Source: Porphyromonadaceae bacterium
GTDB taxonomy: Bacteria; Bacteroidota; Bacteroidia; Bacteroidales; Paludibacteraceae
Direction of reading: 5' to 3'
NCBI GenBank assembly: GCA_012523295.1
Contig: JAAYIT010000048.1
Location: 2,300 to 66,299, forward strand
DNA: 64,000 nucleotides
The position numbers and the translations under genes were made by a program. How positions within the stretch are numbered: position 1 is the stretch's first letter; each line of letters opens with the position of its first letter. This document shows positions 1 through 9,145 of the stretch, one piece after another. The notes under the pieces were generated by a model. It did not search any database. It saw nothing but the letters and a program-made list of their open reading frames with translations, and was not told where the DNA came from.

Positions 1-139
1 TCCAGGCGGTATGTCTATGATTATAAATCTAAAATTACAGCACTTTCAAAGAGCTGATTTCAGATTTATTAAAAAGAAATGACTCTAAAACCGAACAAAA
101 TTCAGCTTAAATATGTTAAGTGATACGAATATAATAAAT

Positions 140-318
140 TTATGATTATCAGCATTCCGTCTTATATAAACTTGCGATATTGACAAAAATAGCGTCTCTA
201 ATGGGCTCAAGACGTTTGATGCGTTTTTTATCCACAACGGGTCAAACCGCTTGGAGCGGTTAGACTCAATATCAGATTTGAAATTTTGGATTTTAGGATA
301 CTTTGCGGATAGACATAA
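140..318 (-). repeat. Dispersed hairpin repeat, family B, copy 1 (inverted relative to 22742..22926)
   Basis: About 180 bp aligns by eye with the reverse complement of 22742..22926. The core hairpin is GGGTCAAACCGCTTGGAGCGGTTAGAC. Confidence 0.75.
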
Positions 319-388
319 TAAAATAAATTTTTATAATTAATTTAGATCGTAGTTTATTTTATTTCTCCTATTTTCAAACTGGGTAAAG

Positions 389-480
389 TCGCATGAAACA
401 GCCATTTGAAACAAATTTTCAGCGAAACCGTATGAATATGAGTGACGTATACAATAAGGCCTTAATTTAAAAAATAAAAA
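389..480 (+). repeat. Family A ~95-nt hairpin/mini-ORF module, diverged single copy
   Basis: Starts GCATGAAACAGCCATTT and ends CCTTAATTTAAAAAATAAAA. An in-frame 25-codon ORF runs 393..470 (MKQPFETNFQRNRMNMSDVYNKALI). Confidence 0.7.
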
Positions 481-764
481 GTCTTTGTGTGAACATATAG
501 AAAGACTCTAATAAGAAATAGATAAAGTTGATTAAATACAAAAAAGAAAATAGAATAGTCATCAAAAGCTGTTCTTTTAAAGCTTTCAAGCCCATTATAA
601 TGTAGAATGATTTCATTTTGTAAATATTAAAAGCAATATTATAACATTTGACTAAATTTTATTTGGCATTTAAATAACAATCATTTATATTTGCATACTA
701 GTATTTATAATTTGTTAAAAAAAATACGAGAACAAAAGAAGATTATAAACAAAATGTTAAATTT

Positions 765-3700
765 ATGAGAAAATTAAAACTTTTATTCGCTTGTTTTTTA
801 ATAGCAAGTGTTAGTTTGGTTAGCGCTCAAACAAAAACAGCTTCCGGAGTTGTGATATCTTCCGAGGACGGTTTGCCTGTAATTGGGGCGAGCGTAGTAG
901 TGAAAGGTACCACTCAAGGGACTGTTACAAATGCAGATGGTTGGTATTCGCTCACAGTGCCGGCTTCTGAAAATACATTAGTAGTTTCATTAGTTGGGAT
1001 GCAGAGCGTAGAGGTCGCGGCCTTGCCAAACCAAAGATTAGTAATGAATCCTGCTGTTTCAGAGCTGGATGAGGTATTAGTCGTAGCTTATGGAACTTCA
1101 ACCAAAGGAACTTTCACCGGGTCAGCTGCTGTGGTTGATTCTGAGAAAATTGAAATGAAACAAATTTCAAACATTTCAAACGCGCTGTCAGGAGCAGTTG
1201 CAGGAGTTCAAACTTTAAGCGCTAACGGACAACCCGGAACATCCGCTACTATCCGTATCCGCGGTGTCGGATCCATCAACGCCGGAATGAATCCGTTGTA
1301 TGTTGTTGACGGAATTCCTTTTGACGGAGATTTGTCTTCATTAAATCCCAATGACATTGAATCATTGACAGTACTAAAAGATGCTGCTTCCACCGCCTTG
1401 TATGGAGCACGCGGAGCCAATGGGATTATAATGGTTACAACAAAAAAGGGAGCTATCGGCAAGTCAGTTGTAAATGTTGAAGCAAGATACGGTATAAACT
1501 CTCGCGCTATTAGAAACTATGATGTTTTGACAAGCCCAAAAAACTATTTGGAAACAGCATATAAAGCCATTTACAACGCCGGGATTTATAACTTAGAATA
1601 CACGCCCTACCAAGCGAACAGATATGCGAATGAAAAAATCACTTCTGAAACTGAAGGAGGTTCGGGTTATACGATTTATACAGTACCCGATGGTCAATAC
1701 TTGATTGGAAATAATGGTTTCCTTAACCCAAATGCTACTTTAGGATATAGCGATGGAACTTATTTTTATACTCCGGACAACTGGATTAATGAAACATTCA
1801 TGAATAATCCGCGTCAAGAATATAACATTTCCATCTCGGGAGGTAATGAAAGAGGACACCATTTTATTTCAGTCGGATATTTGGATGATAAAGGAGTAAT
1901 TGCCGGATCAGGCTTTTCAAGAATTTCTACTCGTTTTAACGGTGACTATAAAATTAAAAATTGGCTGAAAGTGGGTGCGAATATGAGCTATAACTATTCA
2001 AACAGCCAATATCCGGGAGAGCAAGTTACAACAAACTCTTCGGGGAACGCGTTTTTTATCGCCAATTATATTGCTCCAATTTACCCAATCTTTGTGCGTG
2101 AAAGCGCAAATCAGCAAATAATGTTAAATCAAGGACGAAAAGTATTTGATTATGGTGATGGAGTAAGTACCAACTTCTCAAGATCATTTATGTCAATTGC
2201 CAACCCCGCCGGTGATTTGGTTTACAACAAGACCAACTACCTGATGGATATAATGAACAACAGCTGGTATGCGGAAATTTCTCCTATCACGGGTTTGACC
2301 CTTACGGCTCGTTACGGACTGAATGTGGACAATACAAGATATAATGACTTAGGAAATGCATACATGGGTCAAAGCGCTTCTTCTGGAGGTACCGCATATC
2401 AAGACCAAAGTAGAATTTTTGGATTCAATCAGCAGTATATTGCCAACTATCACTACGAAATCGACAGATTGAACCTACTTGATTTTACCCTTGGATACGA
2501 TGCTTATTCATATAGATCTGAACGCGTTTTCGCATCAGGTCAAAATCTTTATAACCCCGAAAGTTACTACGTAAGTAATGCCATTGACCAGCTAAGGGGA
2601 GGAGGTTCAAAATCACTTTATGCCACAAGAGGTATTATCAGTCGAGTTAACTTTTCGCACGATGAAAAATATTTTGGAAATATATCATATCGTCGTGATG
2701 CTTCTTCCCGATTCCACCCTGATAAAAGATGGGGTAACTTCTGGTCTGCAAGCGCGGCTTGGATGATGACCAAAGAGGAATTCCTAAGTTCAGTTGATTG
2801 GCTGAGCATGTTGAAATTCAAAGCATCATTTGGCCAGCAAGGTAACGATAATATAGGCAATTATTATGCCTATCTGGACCAATACCGCATGACTGGAGCA
2901 GAAGGCGTATTTGCTGACGGAGCGATTGTGTATAAAGGAAATCCGGATATAACTTGGGAAACTTCTACTTCTTATAACATCGGATTTGATTTCGGGCTGC
3001 TAAATAATACACTGACAGGTAGCTTGGAGTATTTTGGCAGAAAATCAGCGGACATGTTATACAATAAACCTACAGCAGGAAGTTTAGGATACACATCAAT
3101 ACCGATGAACGTTGGTTCGATGACAAACTCCGGTTTAGAATTGGATTTGAATTACAACGTATTCAATACTGTAGCGATTGATTGGAATGTGTTCGCGAAT
3201 GCAACCTTAATTAGCAATAAAATCAATAAGTTGCATCCCGACCTTCAAGGTAAACTGATTGATGGCAACAGAATTTACGAAGAGGGTTATTCTATGTACC
3301 GGATGTATCTTGTGGAGTATGCCGGAGTGAATCCTGAAACCGGAATGGCGGAATATTGGAGTGACGGAGAGTTTGGCGAACGCATCAAAACAGACGATTA
3401 CTCTGTAGCGGTAGACCATAAAATTGCAACCGACAATTTGCTTCCTAAAGTATATGGAGGTTTTGGAACTTCTATTGCCTCATATGGTTTTGATGCCGCT
3501 GTTCAGTTGTCCTATCAGCTTGGTGGAACAATTTATGACAGTGGGTATGCTAGATTGATGCATGGCGGAATCACAAGTTATGCTGGAACAAACTGGCACA
3601 AAGACATTTACAATGCATGGACTCCTGAGAATACGAATACTGATGTACCTCGTCTAAATGCGAATGACAAATATGCGAACTCAACTTCAACTCGATTTTT

Positions 3701-3932
3701 AATAAGTTCTAATTACCTGAGTTTGAATAATATCGTGTTTGGTTATACTGTTCCAATTCAAAAGTTAACCAATCTTGAGATCAGTAAATTAAGAGTTTAC
3801 ATAGTAGCTGATAACGTGGGAATTATTTCCGCGCGTAAAGGTTTAGACCCACGTCAAAGTTTTACGGCAGCAACAACCGCGCTATATACTCCGATTCGTT
3901 CAATATCCGGAGGTGTTAGTTTATCGTTTTAA
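765..3932 (+). CDS. SusC/RagA-family TonB-dependent outer-membrane receptor
   Basis: 1055-aa ORF with a signal peptide and an N-terminal carboxypeptidase-regulatory-like segment (GVVISSEDGLPVIGASVVVKGTTQGTVTNADGWYSL). Plug motifs are present (DEVLVVAYGT, IESLTVLKDAASTALYGARGANGIIMVTTKKG). The long barrel ends in F, and a SusD-like gene follows. Confidence 0.9.
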   Translation: MRKLKLLFACFLIASVSLVSAQTKTASGVVISSEDGLPVIGASVVVKGTTQGTVTNADGWYSLTVPASENTLVVSLVGMQSVEVAALPNQRLVMNPAVSELDEVLVVAYGTSTKGTFTGSAAVVDSEKIEMKQISNISNALSGAVAGVQTLSANGQPGTSATIRIRGVGSINAGMNPLYVVDGIPFDGDLSSLNPNDIESLTVLKDAASTALYGARGANGIIMVTTKKGAIGKSVVNVEARYGINSRAIRNYDVLTSPKNYLETAYKAIYNAGIYNLEYTPYQANRYANEKITSETEGGSGYTIYTVPDGQYLIGNNGFLNPNATLGYSDGTYFYTPDNWINETFMNNPRQEYNISISGGNERGHHFISVGYLDDKGVIAGSGFSRISTRFNGDYKIKNWLKVGANMSYNYSNSQYPGEQVTTNSSGNAFFIANYIAPIYPIFVRESANQQIMLNQGRKVFDYGDGVSTNFSRSFMSIANPAGDLVYNKTNYLMDIMNNSWYAEISPITGLTLTARYGLNVDNTRYNDLGNAYMGQSASSGGTAYQDQSRIFGFNQQYIANYHYEIDRLNLLDFTLGYDAYSYRSERVFASGQNLYNPESYYVSNAIDQLRGGGSKSLYATRGIISRVNFSHDEKYFGNISYRRDASSRFHPDKRWGNFWSASAAWMMTKEEFLSSVDWLSMLKFKASFGQQGNDNIGNYYAYLDQYRMTGAEGVFADGAIVYKGNPDITWETSTSYNIGFDFGLLNNTLTGSLEYFGRKSADMLYNKPTAGSLGYTSIPMNVGSMTNSGLELDLNYNVFNTVAIDWNVFANATLISNKINKLHPDLQGKLIDGNRIYEEGYSMYRMYLVEYAGVNPETGMAEYWSDGEFGERIKTDDYSVAVDHKIATDNLLPKVYGGFGTSIASYGFDAAVQLSYQLGGTIYDSGYARLMHGGITSYAGTNWHKDIYNAWTPENTNTDVPRLNANDKYANSTSTRFLISSNYLSLNNIVFGYTVPIQKLTNLEISKLRVYIVADNVGIISARKGLDPRQSFTAATTALYTPIRSISGGVSLSF

Positions 3933-3952
3933 TGATATAGAATAAAATAAGA

Positions 3953-4153
3953 CTATGAAACAGCCATTCAAGATAAGTTTTAAATGTAAGATAATGTCCC
4001 GATATCTATCGGTAGGCGTGTTCCATAAGTCCTTAATGTAAAAAATAAAATTATTCGTATGAAACAGCCATTAAAAGCAAATTTTCACCTAAACGTATGA
4101 AAATGAATGGCGTATTCCATACGACCTTAATGTAAAAAATAAAATTTTTTCGT
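3953..4153 (+). repeat. Family A module, two tandem units between the susC-like and susD-like genes
   Basis: Units lie at about 3953..4055 and 4056..4153. The second ends AATAAAATTTTTTCGT directly before the ATG at 4154. Confidence 0.85.
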
Positions 4154-5755
4154 ATGAAAATAAGAAATTTAATATTAACTACAACCATCCTCGGATTACT
4201 TTTTGTTAGTTGTAACGATTTGGATACTTACCCGGAAGGATCGATAGTAACTACTAATCAAAAAGAGGAGGTTTATGAGCTGAATCCGGCACAAACAGCA
4301 GCCGGTGTAAATGGAATTTTTGCTCAATTTAATCAGTTTATGCCTAACGAATCGGCATTAGGTGCTGAGCGTCACAATGACTTTGGTTATCCATCTATTA
4401 TGATGTTTACAGATGCCAATGGGATGGATATGATTACTGAAGATAATGGATATAACTGGGCAGGATTCAACCTGAATTTCTCTGACAGGATTTATACTTC
4501 AAATGAAACCCAGATTGTTTGGAATAATTTGTATGCGATCATATTTACGGCAAATAATGTAATCGGACCAATTGATCCTGAAACTGATATTGCTACAAAT
4601 CAATATTATTTAGGACAAGGGTTAGCGGCAAGAGCTTTTGCTTATTTTAATTTAGCACAACTCTTTCAATTTAATTATGTAGGAAATCAAGGCAAACCTT
4701 GTGTTCCTATAATTACAAATGAGAACTCGAATGAGGCAGCATTAAGTGGAGCACCCAGATCTACGGTTGAAGAAGTCTATACATTGATTCTGAATGATAT
4801 TAATAAAGCGATTGAATTGCTCGATGCAGCCGAAAGTGCAGGAGTAACGCGTAAAGACAAACGATATATCAGTTTGGCTGTAGCCTATGGACTCCGTGCC
4901 AGAATACATTTAACTATGCAAAAATGGCCCGAAGCGGCAGCAGATGCCACAAATGCAATTGAAAAGTCTGAAGCAAAACCGGCAACCATAAAAGATGTGA
5001 GCGGACCCTCTTTTTCAAGCGCGGCAGAAAAAAACTGGATGTGGGGTATTATTATTGCTGAGACAGACAGGGTAGTTACATCCACTATTGTAAACTGGAT
5101 TTCACACATGGGATCACTTAACTACGGTTATGCCAACTTTTCAAAAGGACGCCAAATCAATAAAGCATTATTTAACTCTATTCCCGAATCAGATGTTCGC
5201 AGAGGTTGGTGGTTAGATGAAGAGATGTATTCTAAGCATTTAAATAAAGAACAAAACGATTGGATGAACAAGTATTATTCCGGTTATACTCAAGTTAAAT
5301 TTGCACCCTATAAAAATGAAGTAGGCAGCACTACCAACGCGACTGATCTTCCTCTTATGCGTATTGAAGAAATGTACTTGATTAAAGCTGAAGCAGAAGC
5401 TATGAGCGGAGGCGCGGGTGCAGCTACTTTAGTAAGTTTTGTAAAAGAATTCAGAGATCCTGGATATGAATTTACGGCAACAAGTCCTCAGGCAGTTCAA
5501 GAAGAAGTCTTTCGCCAAAGAAGAATTGAATTGTGGGGTGAGGGGTTAAGCTGGTATGATATTATGAGGTTAAATAAACCTGTAGATAGACGTGGCGCAG
5601 GATTCCCTAATGCCCCCATGGTGTTTAACATACCGGCAGGAGATCCTATACTATTATGGAGAATACCCGAAGCTGAAATTCAAGCAAACCCTGCATTGAA
5701 TGAAGAAGACAATAATGAATCAGCGCCGGCACCAACTCCGGTTCCTGATTTATAA
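4154..5755 (+). CDS. SusD/RagB-family nutrient-binding outer-membrane lipoprotein
   Basis: 533 aa with a lipoprotein signal (LLFVSCND). It sits immediately downstream of the SusC-like gene and has typical SusD segments (LRARIHLTMQKW, RRIELWGEGLSWYDIMR). Confidence 0.9.
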   Translation: MKIRNLILTTTILGLLFVSCNDLDTYPEGSIVTTNQKEEVYELNPAQTAAGVNGIFAQFNQFMPNESALGAERHNDFGYPSIMMFTDANGMDMITEDNGYNWAGFNLNFSDRIYTSNETQIVWNNLYAIIFTANNVIGPIDPETDIATNQYYLGQGLAARAFAYFNLAQLFQFNYVGNQGKPCVPIITNENSNEAALSGAPRSTVEEVYTLILNDINKAIELLDAAESAGVTRKDKRYISLAVAYGLRARIHLTMQKWPEAAADATNAIEKSEAKPATIKDVSGPSFSSAAEKNWMWGIIIAETDRVVTSTIVNWISHMGSLNYGYANFSKGRQINKALFNSIPESDVRRGWWLDEEMYSKHLNKEQNDWMNKYYSGYTQVKFAPYKNEVGSTTNATDLPLMRIEEMYLIKAEAEAMSGGAGAATLVSFVKEFRDPGYEFTATSPQAVQEEVFRQRRIELWGEGLSWYDIMRLNKPVDRRGAGFPNAPMVFNIPAGDPILLWRIPEAEIQANPALNEEDNNESAPAPTPVPDL

Positions 5756-5777
5756 CTTAACATTTTAATTAGCAAAC

Positions 5778-6062
5778 GTTATGCAACAGTCATTAAAAGC
5801 AAATTTTCACCCTAACGGTATGAAGATGAATGGCATGTTCCATACGACCTTAATGTAAAGAATAAATTTTAATCGTATGAAACAGCCATTTAAGACAAAT
5901 CTTAAACCCAAGAGAATGGTTAATGGCGTGTTCCATACGACCTTAATGTAAAGAATAATATTTAATCGTATGAAACAGCCATTTAAGAACAGTCTTAAAC
6001 CTAAGGAAATGATTAATGGCGTGTTCCATACGTCCTTAATGTAAAGAATAAATTTTAATCGT
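5778..6062 (+). repeat. Family A module, three tandem units between the susD-like gene and the third PUL gene
   Basis: Units lie at about 5778..5873, 5874..5966 and 5967..6062. The last ends AATAAATTTTAATCGT directly before the ATG at 6063. Confidence 0.9.
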
Positions 6063-8042
6063 ATGAAAATAATAAATTTAATAAAAGTAGTTTTTCTTAT
6101 CGCTGTAGTTACGCTTGCTTCTTGCAAGGACTATGTGGATATTGAAAAAACAAGTCCTGAGATTCAGGCAGGGAATCAAGGAGTCTTTTTTCCTGAAAGT
6201 AATCAAAGTGCGTTTGAGCTGGAGCCAACCGAGCCTACTCAAATCCAATTGACTATTGCTCGTAGTGTGTCTGCCGGAGCAGTTGAAATTCCCATTACTG
6301 TAGATGTAAATGAAAATGATGTGTTTCAAGTTCCTGCTACAGTAAGTTTTGCGGATGGTGAAACCGAAAAAGAGATAACCATTAATTTCCCGACTGCCGG
6401 TGAAGGGGTTACTTACCCATTACGAATATCAGTTTATGGAGATCAATATGTAAATCCTTATTCTGATGGCGTACCATATGTTGAGGCTACTGTTACTCGT
6501 ATTAAGTGGGTACCTGTAGATGAACCAATGGTATATGTAGATGGTCCTTTTGTCAATGTGTGGCTTCAGGCGCCATATGCAATGTATGTTAATGCAGAAA
6601 AAGCTGAATTGGGAGATGTAGTTCGTTATAGATTTAAAAATATGTTTAAACCAAGAACAGCTCCTGCTGATGAAGATGGTATAAATAATGGGTTCGTGAA
6701 TCAGGATCCGGGTTTTCATGGCGATAAAGATTGGTACACCATTATTGAAATTGCAGATTCGGCAGGTATGGAAGGAGAGGTGTTTATGTTTGCCCGGGAA
6801 ACCGGAGTAGAATGGGGATCTTACGGTATGATTTCAATAGGTTCGATTTACAGAAACTTTCTCGATAGAAAGAAAGAAGATTTTCCATTAGGAACATTAA
6901 AAGATAGCGTAATTACATTTCCTCCGAAAAGTCTATATTTTAGAGATAAAGATGGTGTTATTCCTTCGAGTGCTCCTGCTTACATCTATATGAGTAAAGA
7001 ACATTTCATTGCCGCAAACAAGAAAATCACAGATTTTAATAAAGTTGAGTATGAAGATATTCTCGGAGCTGTAAGTGAATATCATTCTGCAGCGTATAGT
7101 GATAGCTGGAACGCGATAATTGCAAAAGCTATCGATATTGATTTAGAAAATGAAAAAAGTGACTATAAGAACTTGTATTATTTGTCAAATCTTTATGCTG
7201 ATGATAATGGTTTAGCATTCTACTATGCTGATGGCGGAAGAGTAAGAATCCCTGATAATCAGCCCATTGGCAAAAAGATATTTGGAAAAGACATCTATGT
7301 GTCTCAGAGTGATTCAATTGAATCTTCAGTGGAAGTGAATGACAAAGGGGTAACAGTTTATACACTTGGATTGTTGTTCCATTATGAGGATGGGACAGTA
7401 CTTGGCCACTTTGCCGAAAAATTCTTTTATTCTGAAGATCCGGTAGCGTATGATAAAGCTGATTTCATAGGGAAATTTAAAATGACCGGATTAAGTCAAT
7501 TGGGTGAAGATGACTTAGATAAAGAGGTAAATATAGCAGAAGGTGCTCACCCGGATACACTCATCATTACCGGCATTCCGTATGCTGAAGAAGTAAAAGC
7601 TGCTTTTGATGAAACTACAAGCACTATGTCCATTGCTTCTCAAGCATTAGCTGATATAGTAGCTAATGGCGAAACCTATGATATGAGTTTAATAAACACC
7701 GATGAAGATGGGATGAATAGTGAAGCCATTATGGAGTTTACTTTCAATATGGAAGGAAAACTTGTCATGTCCTCAACGAGCACCAGTGATGGATATGTGA
7801 TTCGCAGTGTTGCTGCCGGAGGCTTTGTGTCAGGATTTTATAATATAGTTTTCACAAAAGTTACTTCAACTCCAGCGCCTATTTCATCTAGAATAATGAG
7901 TAATACAAAAATAAAGTTACAATCTTCGAAACGTATTGTAAAGAAAACTCAAGTTAAAGCAGGAACACACAATTTTAAGATTCAAGGTAAAAAATCACCT
8001 GTGAACATGAAAAAGAATGTTTCTACAAACTTTATTTTTTAG
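6063..8042 (+). CDS. PUL-associated surface lipoprotein of unknown function
   Basis: 659 aa with a lipoprotein signal (VVTLASCKDY). It is the third gene of the susC/susD cluster; I recognise no catalytic motif. Confidence 0.6.
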   Translation: MKIINLIKVVFLIAVVTLASCKDYVDIEKTSPEIQAGNQGVFFPESNQSAFELEPTEPTQIQLTIARSVSAGAVEIPITVDVNENDVFQVPATVSFADGETEKEITINFPTAGEGVTYPLRISVYGDQYVNPYSDGVPYVEATVTRIKWVPVDEPMVYVDGPFVNVWLQAPYAMYVNAEKAELGDVVRYRFKNMFKPRTAPADEDGINNGFVNQDPGFHGDKDWYTIIEIADSAGMEGEVFMFARETGVEWGSYGMISIGSIYRNFLDRKKEDFPLGTLKDSVITFPPKSLYFRDKDGVIPSSAPAYIYMSKEHFIAANKKITDFNKVEYEDILGAVSEYHSAAYSDSWNAIIAKAIDIDLENEKSDYKNLYYLSNLYADDNGLAFYYADGGRVRIPDNQPIGKKIFGKDIYVSQSDSIESSVEVNDKGVTVYTLGLLFHYEDGTVLGHFAEKFFYSEDPVAYDKADFIGKFKMTGLSQLGEDDLDKEVNIAEGAHPDTLIITGIPYAEEVKAAFDETTSTMSIASQALADIVANGETYDMSLINTDEDGMNSEAIMEFTFNMEGKLVMSSTSTSDGYVIRSVAAGGFVSGFYNIVFTKVTSTPAPISSRIMSNTKIKLQSSKRIVKKTQVKAGTHNFKIQGKKSPVNMKKNVSTNFIF

Positions 8043-8075
8043 ATTAATTTGAAATTCGTTAGATATTAGCTTAAA

Positions 8076-8116
8076 AGCAGAATTGATGTTTATTAGTCAA
8101 TTCTGCTTTTTTTTAT
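8076..8116 (+). terminator. Rho-independent terminator of the PUL operon
   Basis: Stem AGCAGAATTGA / TCAATTCTGCT followed by a T-run, 34 nt after the stop codon. Confidence 0.75.
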
Positions 8117-8332
8117 TTTTCCCGGTAGGAGTTCCCTAAGTGCAATAAAATATCACTATTGACCGACCTTTGGCGGATATGCAGAGTAAACTTCTACGAA
8201 GTTAAAAAAAACGTCCCATAAGTTGTCTGAAAGCTATATGTAGCTGTTTGCCGACGGCATATGTTTCATGTCGCTGTTTTTGTCGGTCAGTGATGATATA
8301 TAAACATGATTATCTGTTTTTGTTCCTAAGCT

Positions 8333-8557
8333 TAAATAACGTAAGTTCGAAATAAGAATTTATTTATTTCATTGGTAAATAAGGTAATAAGCTATATGTC
8401 AATATGTATTTCAATACTATTAAGGTTTGTATAGAGAAAATAAGGAACCTTAATAAAAAATGACACAGAATAAATCTCAACCTTATTACCTTATTGCAAA
8501 TCAATCTCATAAATCTAAATATTGTTTTTTGGTTATATCGAACTCACGTTAAATAAT
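8333..8557. repeat. Family C palindromic MITE-like element, variant copy
   Basis: Terminal inverted repeats are AAATAACGTAAGTTCGAAAT / ATATCGAACTCACGTTAAAT. Inside are mirrored ATAAGGT / TTATTAAGGTT / AACCTTAATAA / AACCTTATTACCTTATT motifs. Confidence 0.7.
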
Positions 8558-8571
8558 GTTTTTCTTAGAAT

Positions 8572-8700
8572 GGGACTAACCGCTTCAAGACGGTTTGTCC
8601 CGTTGTCTAACGATGTAAATAGGCAACCATCCCGAATATCGGGATGGTTACGGTGTAACAATTCAAAATTGCAACAAATAGGAATGATTGCGGAAGATTA
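8572..8700 (+). repeat. Family B-prime double-hairpin repeat, copy 1
   Basis: Near-identical to 15801..15930. It contains GGGACTAACCGCTTCAAGACGGTTTGTCCC, then CAACCATCCCGAATATCGGGATGGTTACGG, and ends GATTGCGGAAGATTA. Confidence 0.8.
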
Positions 8701-9037
8701 ATTAAATAAAGAGTGTTTGTTAGAAAAATAAGATTATTAGAGACTATGTAAGATAGAATGTTATAGTGTTAATTGACAGCAATATTACGGTAGGTACGAA
8801 TCATTTAGCGACGCTGTCACTAAAAACAGCATAGATGAAACATTTCGATTCATCGGAAGTGACTAAATCTTTGTAGGGTAGTGTCCAATCTTTCAAAAGA
8901 GCCATAGGGAGGCTCAGTATTATCTTTTTATCGGACAATAGTGTTTATTAATCGAACTCAGGTTAACAAAACTATATGAGTCATGACTACTTCCATATCA
9001 ACATTGTTTCGGCAAAGAAAAACTTGTTTGATTTTAC

Positions 9038-9076
9038 AAAAAAAGACCTGACAGATTCTTGAAACCTGTCAGGTCT
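9038..9076 (-). terminator. Rho-independent terminator downstream of the tryptophanase-family gene
   Basis: Stem AGACCTGACAG / CTGTCAGGTCT with a T-run on the minus strand. Confidence 0.7.
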
Positions 9077-9145
9077 AATTGTTTTCAATATTTTAGAGAA
9101 TTCCATGCCTATCTCCATCGGGAGAGGAGCTGAAGCTTTTATTCC

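Noticed and set aside
3953-6062. CRISPR-like interpretation of the 95-nt tandem units and of the 15-bp array at 20579..20893
   Set aside because: The units are contiguous with no unique spacers, the unit lengths are atypical for CRISPR repeats, and there are no cas genes in the window.
5807-6127. 106-aa minus-strand ORF across the susD/gene-3 spacer
   Set aside because: It is the antisense reading of three tandem family A units. The periodic amino-acid repeats mirror the DNA repeat, and the ORF overlaps the start of the gene at 6063.
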